A program made the position numbers and the translations under genes. From Minutocellus sp. GHC0000111 (lineage: Eukaryota): a stretch of DNA of 64,000 nucleotides. This document shows, piece by piece, positions 50,219 to 59,540 of the stretch. The notes below the pieces were generated by a model. That model searched no databases and had not been told where the DNA came from. It saw nothing but the letters and a program-made list of their open reading frames with translations. Location: positions 2,976,001 through 3,040,000 of the forward strand of contig OZ361259.1 of NCBI GenBank assembly GCA_977018835.1. Direction: 5' to 3'. Each line of letters opens with the position of its first letter. Within the stretch, counting starts at the first letter, position 1.

Positions 50219-51292
50219 TTATTCATGAGTAACAGTTATCCTGACCGCCTGCGATCTCCTCCTTTCTCGCCGCTCGGCTCTTCTCATCTCAGCTTCCACT
50301 TGTCTTGCTGCCTCCTCTGCAGCGGCGGCAGCAGCCAGTGCCTTCTTTTTACTTGCGCGAGGAGACCGAAGCTTGGCAAATCGGCCCTTGCTCGGCGGCT
50401 TTGCCGTTTGAGTAGATTCAACCACTTTCGATGAAGGCAGAACAGCATCTTCCGTTGAATTGGCGCTAGTGGGTTCATTGTGGTGTTTTGTTTCTGTGGC
50501 TTGGGTAGCTTCGGTGCGCGTATTCTTGATCTCTTCTGTCGGTTTGACATTGCCGTTGCTCTCTTCAATTTTCATGTTGGCATCCACAGCATTTTCTTCG
50601 GCAACGATATTGGAACGGTCTTGGTCATGAGACGACGAGCGCCTCTCTTGGGTCTCTGTTCTAGTTTCAGGGGTATTGGGTTGGACTGGGGGCATTGTTG
50701 TGTTGTCGCGGTCGTCAGTCTGAGACAGTCTCTTTTCGTTTTTCTGCACACTAGTGGTTGTGGTTTCTTGCTTCGTTTGTTGAGGAAGATCCTCGATGTT
50801 TGGCAAAAGATGATTTACCATCCTTGAGAATAAGGGCGTACTTTCATCTCTATCAAGAAACATCTTCCAGCTGTTTTCGTAACCACCGTTGGTTTCATCA
50901 TCGCTGTCATCTCTGTAAGTATTGCCATCGTCACCACTGGCGATGGTATCAATGACGGTTTCTGCATCGGCGACGGCGGACGTATCGATCGTCGAATCAA
51001 GTTCTTCCAACCGATGGTTCACTGTGTCCAACGTTTCCATCGTGTCGGATCTGGTACGACGGTCGCGGCGGCGTGAATATGCGCTCGCAGTATCATCATC
51101 ACACGTGTAGGACATGGAACCGTAGGTGTAATCATCGTCATCGTAGTATGAGTCTTCGTCGTCGCTGTAATAATTCGGCAGGAGAAAGTCCAGAAAGCCT
51201 CCCCTACTAACTTCGTTCTCTCTTAGTGGGCGAGAGGAAGATGCGGGTCTTGAGTGGGACCGAGTGCTACTGCTACCATGCTTTCTGCTCAT
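50219..51292 (-). CDS. Hypothetical low-complexity protein
   Basis: Open frame from ATG 51292 (MSRKHGSSS...), acidic and Thr-rich, basic coiled-coil end. Confidence 0.65.
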   Translation of the reverse strand: MSRKHGSSSTRSHSRPASSSRPLRENEVSRGGFLDFLLPNYYSDDEDSYYDDDDYTYGSMSYTCDDDTASAYSRRRDRRTRSDTMETLDTVNHRLEELDSTIDTSAVADAETVIDTIASGDDGNTYRDDSDDETNGGYENSWKMFLDRDESTPLFSRMVNHLLPNIEDLPQQTKQETTTTSVQKNEKRLSQTDDRDNTTMPPVQPNTPETRTETQERRSSSHDQDRSNIVAEENAVDANMKIEESNGNVKPTEEIKNTRTEATQATETKHHNEPTSANSTEDAVLPSSKVVESTQTAKPPSKGRFAKLRSPRASKKKALAAAAAAEEAARQVEAEMRRAERRERRRSQAVRITVTHE

Positions 51293-51876
51293 CTTAAAAC
51301 CTACAAAGAACAGTTTCAAGTAAATGAGATGAATCGGATCCTTGCTGGGCAAAAGCAATGGCGATGGAGTGATATGAAAGCAGGGAAAGATGAAATTATC
51401 TCGATCCAACTGACAATAATGAATGTGCCGGAACGCGGGCGAACAATCTGCAAGCAACGTGGCCAGTTTCAACACGCCGATGAAGCGCCGTTGCCAATAA
51501 ACAAATGCTCTTCCTCTTGCGCGATGGGACATGAGGAGCGCGGAGTTGCACATGAAAACCTCTTGCCGTCATGATTTCTGTCGCCCATGCGTTGGGAGGA
51601 AATTTATTGGCGACATGAGCGCACGTTTTCTTTGTGGCACTAAAAGAAAAGGAAAAGCACTAGCTAGATTCGTACTGCTGGCCGCTCGCGAATTTCACCA
51701 GCTTCATGTTTTGGTCATCAATAATGGCACCGGTACCGGTATGTAGATCTAAGTAACATCATCATTTATCCTCGCAGTCTTCGTCCAGGGACGGCAGATA
51801 CGGTATTAAGCCCGGAGGTCTGCCGAAAGGAGCTTTCGTCAGACTGATGGTCACAATGGAGAGTCAGAGTGCAGGC

Positions 51877-51897
51877 AGAGAGAGAGAGAGAGAGAGA
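51877..51897. repeat. (AG)10 microsatellite
   Basis: Read directly from the sequence. Confidence 0.9.
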
Positions 51898-52176
51898 TCA
51901 CTGTCGATGCACACAAAAAACAACACAATTCGGAGAAGGATGGCCTCCTCTGCTATAATATTCTTCTGTAGTAGTGCGTGCTCTATTACTGTACATTCTC
52001 TCCTTATTGCATTATGCTGCGCTAGCAAAGGTTACGGCTTCGAGACTCAAGCCAAACCACCAGCCTCAAAAGAGACACCAAGCACTCCGCTCCTCCCATG
52101 GACCCCTCTATATTCGAACCGCTACGCCATTATTCTCATTTCAATGAAATAATCTATCCACCAAAATTTAATCAAT

Positions 52177-52689
52177 CTAGTTGTTGCCCTCGCAAACGAA
52201 AGAGTTCTGCGAAAGGATCAGGGCCACAATCAGACCGTACAGACCCAAAGCCTCGGCGAAAATCAAAATCAGAATCATACCAACGAACAACTTCTCCTGC
52301 TGACCAACCGCACGGACGCCGGCGTCGCCGACAATACCAATCGCCATACCAGCCGCAAGACCCGACAAACCACAGCAAAGACCGGCCGCCAAATGAGCAA
52401 AGCCAGTGTACAGAGAATATTGACTCAGACCGTTCTGAGGACTAACGATCGAGCCCTGAATAATAACCGCCACAATCAGACCGTAGATACCCAACACACC
52501 CGCCATGACCACGGGAATAATGTTTCGCATCACCAGACCGGGGTTCATTACGCCCATCGACGAGATGCCGACGCCGGACTTGGCCGTGCCGTAGGCGGCG
52601 CCGATGTTGGCAAAGACCAGGGCGCTGGTAACGCCCATGAACCCGAAGAAGGGGGCATTGGCGGGGCAGGTTTCCATTTCGACGCTCAT
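52177..52689 (-). CDS. VHA-c: V-type H+-ATPase proteolipid subunit c, copy 3 (S11N variant)
   Basis: Protein identical except CPANAP vs CPASAP; a few silent changes; TAG stop. Confidence 0.98.
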   Translation of the reverse strand: MSVEMETCPANAPFFGFMGVTSALVFANIGAAYGTAKSGVGISSMGVMNPGLVMRNIIPVVMAGVLGIYGLIVAVIIQGSIVSPQNGLSQYSLYTGFAHLAAGLCCGLSGLAAGMAIGIVGDAGVRAVGQQEKLFVGMILILIFAEALGLYGLIVALILSQNSFVCEGNN

Positions 52690-53439
52690 TTTGGCTTATT
52701 TGTGTATTCTTATGAATTATAATGGCTGTGGTGGGTTGCGTTGTGGGAGGGGAAAGGGTGGTGCAAAGAATGATGTGAGATGACGGAAGGCGAGAGGCAG
52801 AAAAAAATATGGTCTGTAGCCGTGGCCACAAAAGTCCCGGGAGCTAAGAACGACAGCGGTAAACTCTTGTAGGAGAGCAGCCCACTATAGAGGAGATAAC
52901 TTCTTGGAAGAACCTTGCTCCGGTATCCAACCAACCCATGGCCAGTCGGGCTTCCTTCCGAACCCACATCTCCTCTTGGTCGGTCCACGGTCCTCTTCCA
53001 TCATTGGTTCTCCGAAAAAGCACATGTTGTGCCAAGATCGCAAGTTAAATCCGCAAGCGCCGGATCAAAGGCATATGCACATACAGCTTCGATCTTTCCC
53101 TCGACAGAGGCTGAAACTTTTAATCCAGTCCTTCCTGCATGCAGCCGCTACCGTCCGACGGGCCTTCCCCCCACGTCTCCCATGGTTGGCGATCTCACTC
53201 ACCAACAGAGGGGCAGGTCGTTTTTTGCGATTTTCCGAGCCTGCCGGCCTTGAAGATAAAGATATTTGTGAACATTGTATATATGACGAAGGAAAGAAAA
53301 ATATGACGTATGTTCGAATGCATGCGTCATCGACCTTTGGTGTTTGTTCTTCCCCTGCTTGTCGTCTCATTTCCACAGGAAGAAGGTTGAACGGTGGTTG
53401 CCTTGTATTAGCTTCACACATAGCACTTCCCAAATACCA

Positions 53440-55554
53440 ATGGCGCTTCACGATCCCTACATAGAGAGCAAGCCACCGCCGCCGGTCGATGCGTCGGTCC
53501 TGGAACTTCTCCAGACGGATCGCTTCTTCGACCAGGGCAAGGGCTACGATGATCCCGATGCCGCCATCATTGGTGAACTCTCGGCAGTCGACGACGAGAT
53601 CGATGCCTGCAGACGTTCGTCCAACCTCAAGGACATGAGCGCCAATACCACGGAGGGACAGGCGTTGGCCGAACTGTGCAGCGTCGACCGTCTCGTCGAC
53701 ACCTGCCGGAAGGAGCGGGTGGCCGAGGGCGATCTCTTCGATTGCTACTCCAAGTCACATTCTCGCAAGAAGAACATCATCGTCCCTCATCTGCATGCAC
53801 CGGCGATGTGCGAGTCCGGCGACGATGCCTCCACCATGATGGATCTGCTTTCGACCGACGAGCTCGTGGATGGCAAACGTCACGAGCAGGAGGCCGTGGC
53901 CGCCAGGGCCCATGCCCTGCACATGGACCTTCTCTCCGTCGATGCCGAGATGGACCGAGCGCGGTTTCAGGAGGAACGTCCTGCCACGGTGTTGGACGCC
54001 CTTCACAACATGGACAACGAGGTAGATCGGATGGAGGCGGCAAACGCGGCGGAATCGACCGCTCGGACCACATCCATCACGGCCTGCGAGAGCACGGTGA
54101 GCAGTTCCGAGAAGGGTTCGTCGGTCCCCACGTCGGCCATCGAGGCGGAGCTGGCTGCCGCCGGTTTGACAGGCGTTATGGCCGACCTGTACTCCATGGA
54201 CAGGAGGATGAATGGGGTGGCCGATGCCTGCCGGGCAAAGGATGATGTGGCAGCTATATTGGAATTGTACAACATTGACGTGACTGTGGGCCATGCGAGG
54301 AAGAAGTCGTCAACAAATGGCGACCAATCCGATGGTGGTGATAATGGCGTTGATTTATGCGACAAAATACTATTGGATCTCTTCAAAGTGGATACTCTCG
54401 TTGAAACCGGCGGGAAGGTCGGCTTGACCTCGGATGGGAATTCAGATTCTGATGAACGGCTCTTTGTTGACCCTCACGAGGCTGCTGCAATGAGACAGGT
54501 GAAATTGTACGCTGCACGAGACCTTCATGACGAGGCACGGATAGGTGCCATCATGGACCTCCTCCGCACCGACCTGGACATTAACGGCAAGCGCCACCAC
54601 GATATTGATATGGAGGGCATCCAAGCGCTCCTAGATATCGATCGTTCCATCGACGGTAGCAAAGCGGCATCGTGCCGTCAGCACGACATCAGCGATATTC
54701 TGCCTCTCCTTATGGTCGATCAGGCCGTGGACCGGCGCAAATCCAAAGGCTCTTCCTTCGGAAAGCAATCTTCAGTCCCCACGGACCCCATGGAGTACAT
54801 GATGTACGTGGATAGACTTGTTGACGGAACGACTTTCCGCAAGTCGCAAGACAAAATCAACGAAATGATTGGAGATCTTCGGAAGGTAGACGAATCTGTC
54901 GATAAAATTTTCATGCCTGACATTTTTGGTGGCTTTGGTAGTAATCATTCCCAGGACGACGTGAGCAATCTCCCACCTCCTCCTGTGTTTGACGACGAGT
55001 CAAATGCCAACACTACCAGTAACGACAACACCAAGGATTCTTCGTACGAGCACCAAACGCGTGACGCCATCGGTCGGCTTCTTGAGGTCGACCAAGAGGT
55101 CGGCGCGGGCCACAAGGCAGAAAAGCGCGACGATCCTGAAATGCTCATCATGTTGGAACTCTTCAAGGTTGACATCGAAGTTGACAAGGTCAAGTTGGCT
55201 GCCCTCAAATCAATGGGGGGCGGCGGGAGTAATGCCAGTGCCCCACCATCTCCCACCGCATCGCCGCAGGAGAATGCTCAGGAGGGAGAAGGTCAGTCCA
55301 AACGCAGAATCTTTTCATCGAAAGAGAAAAGACATTCCATGGAGCATGCAGCTGGCACCAGCAATATCGTTGGCACTACGACCAGAGTCAATCCCAGAAA
55401 GAAGATTGGAAGCATCCCACTCGGCGAGGTGGTGACGAGCAAGTTGCACGAAGAATTCTTCGGAGAAGCCGAGATGGCACCGATCGATCCCTATGCTCCT
55501 CGCACTGGCTCCAAATCCAAGAAAGAGAAGGACGAGCAGTGCTCGATCATGTGA
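53440..55554 (+). CDS. Repeat protein (about 16 x LxxxDxxVD) ending in a CaaX box (CSIM)
   Basis: Clean ORF from ATG 53440 (MALHDPY...); recurring acidic amphipathic motif; KSKKEKDEQCSIM-stop. Confidence 0.85.
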   Translation: MALHDPYIESKPPPPVDASVLELLQTDRFFDQGKGYDDPDAAIIGELSAVDDEIDACRRSSNLKDMSANTTEGQALAELCSVDRLVDTCRKERVAEGDLFDCYSKSHSRKKNIIVPHLHAPAMCESGDDASTMMDLLSTDELVDGKRHEQEAVAARAHALHMDLLSVDAEMDRARFQEERPATVLDALHNMDNEVDRMEAANAAESTARTTSITACESTVSSSEKGSSVPTSAIEAELAAAGLTGVMADLYSMDRRMNGVADACRAKDDVAAILELYNIDVTVGHARKKSSTNGDQSDGGDNGVDLCDKILLDLFKVDTLVETGGKVGLTSDGNSDSDERLFVDPHEAAAMRQVKLYAARDLHDEARIGAIMDLLRTDLDINGKRHHDIDMEGIQALLDIDRSIDGSKAASCRQHDISDILPLLMVDQAVDRRKSKGSSFGKQSSVPTDPMEYMMYVDRLVDGTTFRKSQDKINEMIGDLRKVDESVDKIFMPDIFGGFGSNHSQDDVSNLPPPPVFDDESNANTTSNDNTKDSSYEHQTRDAIGRLLEVDQEVGAGHKAEKRDDPEMLIMLELFKVDIEVDKVKLAALKSMGGGGSNASAPPSPTASPQENAQEGEGQSKRRIFSSKEKRHSMEHAAGTSNIVGTTTRVNPRKKIGSIPLGEVVTSKLHEEFFGEAEMAPIDPYAPRTGSKSKKEKDEQCSIM

Positions 55555-55675
55555 GCAGTGTCTGTGTTCTATCAATCACGCTAAAGCTTGCGCTAAGCTT
55601 TAATAAAATTGTCTAATGCTGCTATTAGTAAACTATTGCCATGTTGGTACTACGTAGTTAGCTAGCTAGGGATCC

Positions 55676-56059
55676 CTAAGCACGATTCTTCTTCTTTGGG
55701 GTAATTATCTTCTTGACCTTGCGAACAACCTTTTTGACGGGAGATGCTTTAAAAATTCTAATGAACATGTCGTCGTCATGTTCCATCTTTACATCGGACT
55801 TCTTTCTCACAGTGCTGACAACAAAGGCCAAGAACTCCTCTTTGGGTTCCCAATCATCCCCATCACTGCGCACCATGACATTGTAACAATCCTGCTTGCC
55901 ATATGGTGTGTCGACCCACCAATCAGCACTGGGCATTTCAAGGTTTTCACTCTCGCAAAATGTCCACGCCGCATTGGCTGCCTCTTTGAGCGTGCCATAC
56001 GACGTTTGCAAGGGATGGTCATCCTCCCAGTATGATCCTACTTCAAAAACATATGGCAT
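55676..56059 (-). CDS. Small hypothetical protein with a basic C-terminal tail
   Basis: MPYVFEVGSYWEDD... 127 aa, acidic body and KKVVRKVKKIITPKKKNRA tail. Confidence 0.55.
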   Translation of the reverse strand: MPYVFEVGSYWEDDHPLQTSYGTLKEAANAAWTFCESENLEMPSADWWVDTPYGKQDCYNVMVRSDGDDWEPKEEFLAFVVSTVRKKSDVKMEHDDDMFIRIFKASPVKKVVRKVKKIITPKKKNRA

Positions 56060-56301
56060 GATGTGTTGACTTTTGGTAGATACGAAGAGATCTCTGCCGT
56101 TCGTTCCATACATAGAGTTGCAATGAAAATCTGGCTCGCGCTCTCATGAAAAAATTGTGCCACAGATATTTGATTGGTATGTTCCACGGCCATCCGTGCG
56201 ATTTTCGTCCACATACATTTGCACATTGCATTGCCACATGCACATACAGAGACAAAGATTTGAATTTTATTATTTTATCTACACTCTACCCATGCTGCAT
56301 C

Positions 56302-57259
56302 TTAAAGTGGCAATTGGCCGGTAGTGCCGTATTTCTCAATGTATTCCTTCTGCTCCGCCGACAAAGTCTTGGCAATGGGAGAAGCGACCCGGGCCAAACC
56401 ACCCCAAGCCGGTCCGACAGTAGGTGCAGATCCAACAGCAGGAGCAGCCGCCGCAGGAGCGGGAGGAGCAGCCACCGGCTCCGGTGCCGGAGGGGCCGCA
56501 GCAGCAGGAGGAGGCGTGGGCGGAGCCGGTGCCGCCTCCACAACCGGTGGTGCGGGGGTGGGTTCCGGGGCAGCCGGGGCCGGCTCCTCCGCGGCAGCAG
56601 CGGCCGCAGCCTCGGCCTCGGGAGGGACAAAGTCGGCAAAGGCGGCAATGTCCTCCTCCTCTTCCACGGTTACCATCACCGGCGCTCCGACGGTGATCTC
56701 TCCGCTTCCGGCTTCGACCAGGATTTTCGCCACGTAGCCGTCATCTTGAGCCTTTCATGCCGAACAACCGACGGAACCAAATCATCCGATCCAAAGCGCA
56801 CCCGCACAATGGTAAAAGAAGAGATGAGTTATTTGATGAAACACATATCATTCTTACAAAAGCAAAAGAACAAAGAACAATACCCATCCAGTTCAAAGAA
56901 AGACCCGCTAAACATTCATGCACCACCTCTCGTTTTCCGGGGCGATCAACTTCGTCACTCACCTCAAAGGCAATGGTTGCCTTGTCAGTCTCGATCTCGG
57001 CGACGGAATCGCCAGCCGCGAAGGCGTCGCCCTCCTTGACATTCCACTCGGCGATGGTACCGGATTCCATGGTCGGGGAAAGGGCGGGCATTCCAACTAC
57101 GATATGATAAGGAAGGTCGGAGGACATGTGCCGGCACTGTCCGAGATGGACGGCAGATGCCGAGGGGGCGATGGAGCATCGGGCAGCCGATGACGCCGCG
57201 GCGAGGGACCACCGGCTGGCCGAGGCCGCGATTCTTCGGGAGGCTACGGTAGCGAGCAT
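56302..57259 (-). CDS. Mitochondrial lipoyl-domain protein (PDH E2/E3BP-like N-terminus only; intron 56752-56962)
   Basis: Transit peptide, [13 protein letters not shown]...[24 protein letters not shown], Pro/Ala linker, short ASPIAKTL tail, stop at 56302. Confidence 0.88.
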
Positions 57260-57920
57260 GGTGGCGAAGCAGGGAAGCAAAATGAAAGTGCCGACGGCCG
57301 ACGGCGGAGGCGAAATGGATGGATGAAATAAAAGTGCGTCATCGTGACAAAGACAGAAAACGGGATCACTTTCGGAAAGACAGAGCGAAAGAGCGAAAGG
57401 CGCGGGGCACCATGTTCACCATGAGATTCTTTTTTCAACGCTCACAAGGCTCGCCTCCAGATCAGCACCAGCCGCTACCAGCGCACGCCGTGCCTTGACC
57501 TCGATAACGCTTTGCCTCTCTCCGCAGCGTTGCCCAGCACAATTTCTTGACTGATCCGCCCTTCGTATCTTCTTCGTCGGCTGCAGAGGCATAACACATA
57601 AATAATCGCGGCATTGCATTTTACTTGTTTTTTGCCGCCGACACGACCTACCAAAGCATTTGGCGTGGTGGCACGTAGGGAGTGAATTCCTGCCACTCCG
57701 CCTACACTAAACTCAGACCGCAACCATTGTTTTTTGCGTGGCTTTGACGTCGGCCACCGCGGCTCAGCTCATGTCCGACGATCCTCCTGAATGTACCAGC
57801 CTCCCGATACCCGTCGGCAAGAGCAGCAGCGGTGGCGATGGGAATGCAAATAATACAGCAACGACAAACGCAATAGCAGACGACCCAAATTGAAACAAAC
57901 ATCCGCCATCGCAAGCGGCG

Positions 57921-58616
57921 ATGGCAGAGAATGGACCACCATCATCAGCGGCAGCGGCGACAGCTTTGGCTAGCAAAGACGTACGAAGAGCAAGTCCCAC
58001 TGGTGGTCAACAGACAGATAGTGACACGAATCAGAACAGCGGAAGCGGTGACAAAAAGGCCCAATCAGCGTCGTACTTTACCGAGGCCATGTCCAGTCTA
58101 TACGCCACGACGGTGGATGCCCCCTGCCAGCGAGTGCACGCGCTGGAGAACACCATCCAAGAGTCCTTCCTCCATTGTCAGCAGTTTGACTTTCTCCACT
58201 TCCTCAAGACCGAGGAGGGACATGTCGACGAGAGTGTGTATGCGCGGAACGCTCCGATCGGACCGTCGCATTGCGAATACTGCGGGGCGGCTTCGACGGG
58301 ATTGTGCGGACCGGACTGCGAGCGACCGCGGCTCTTCTTTCGCAATAAGAGACCACCATTCGGCCGGAAGGAGGAGTGGGACAGCAGCACCGAATACAGA
58401 GTGAGGGACGCCGATGGCGGTGGTGCCGACGACCAGCAGGCGGGTGGCGTATTGGCAGACCAAAGTGGTATAGTGGCAGAAGAAGGAGATGTCGACGATG
58501 TACTGACATCTTTCAACAGCCTTGCGGCGGATGGCAATGCAGATCAGGAGGCACAGCTCAAGGCGGAAGAGGATGCTTGGTGTGATGGCGGTTTCAGGAA
58601 GACATTTGCTTGTTGA
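57921..58616 (+). CDS. Hypothetical protein with a Cys cluster (CEYC...C..C)
   Basis: 231-aa ATG ORF containing HCEYCGAASTGLCGPDCERP. Confidence 0.7.
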   Translation: MAENGPPSSAAAATALASKDVRRASPTGGQQTDSDTNQNSGSGDKKAQSASYFTEAMSSLYATTVDAPCQRVHALENTIQESFLHCQQFDFLHFLKTEEGHVDESVYARNAPIGPSHCEYCGAASTGLCGPDCERPRLFFRNKRPPFGRKEEWDSSTEYRVRDADGGGADDQQAGGVLADQSGIVAEEGDVDDVLTSFNSLAADGNADQEAQLKAEEDAWCDGGFRKTFAC

Positions 58617-58688
58617 AGAGGAGGTAGATGTCCACAGTTTTGCTTATTTTTTACCTGAATTAAAATGCGTTTAAGAGTAATACTCGCT

Positions 58689-59385
58689 TTATGTTTCATC
58701 AAGGTGCTCAAGGACTTTCAAGGCTGCATCCTTACCGCTGAGCAATGCACCGTGGACGGAGCCTTCGTATTCTGAAATAATGGCATCGCCGGCGAAAAGC
58801 AATCTCCCATTCCATTCGGGGGTAGCGAGCGCTGCAGCATGGCGCTCGAGCGTGCCAAGTTTGAATCCAGCATACGCTCCTCTGGAAAATTCATCTTCCT
58901 CCCATCGAGTAATATGACATCCCGTGCAACGCGATGAAAAATTCGAGCCATCGTTGGTACCCATACTTTCATCCATGAAGCCGAGAACTGCCTTCTTGAT
59001 TTCGTCTGAATCTCGTTCGGATGCCCACTGTGCAGCTCCACCTGCAAGGGTAATCTCGAGTAGCGGCTCGCCGCAGTTTTTCGCGTGCGTATTATCCACG
59101 TTTAAGAAATTGCCGAGACCAACCTCGGTTTTTCCGAATAGCTGGGGCCTTTCCAGCTGTGACCTGGCCAGGCCTATGAAAGCGGCGTCTGTCATCAAAA
59201 GTGAAAAACACCTTCTTGTAGCTACCCATTTGAAGCATACTAATCGCTTCTTCCTTTTCTTTTGATAGTTTAGGCAAGAGCTCTTGCGCGGCAGACAAGC
59301 CTGCAGCGCCGGCGCCTATAATTGCGACACGACACCGCCTTCTCGCCGGCGGCTCCCATTCTGCCTCAGTAGCGTTACTGGCCAT
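58689..59385 (-). pseudogene. Flavin-dependent amine (polyamine) oxidase, internally collapsed
   Basis: VAIIGAGAAGLSAA is joined directly to LPKLSKEKEEAISMLQMGSYKKVFFTFD. A frame break at about 59190 is followed by TRWEEDEFSRGAY and LLFAGDA...GSVHGALLSG. Confidence 0.8.
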
Positions 59386-59540
59386 CTTCTCGGTCCAATG
59401 CTCGCTCCGTCGCTCCGTCGCTCCGAGAGTCCGAGAGGGAGGTGACGGACGACAGACGGACGACATTGAACGATCAGGCGAGTTCAAGGTTCAAGGAAAG
59501 GCCAGGCTTACCTAGTATCAAGGAGTCCAATCATTAGCTT

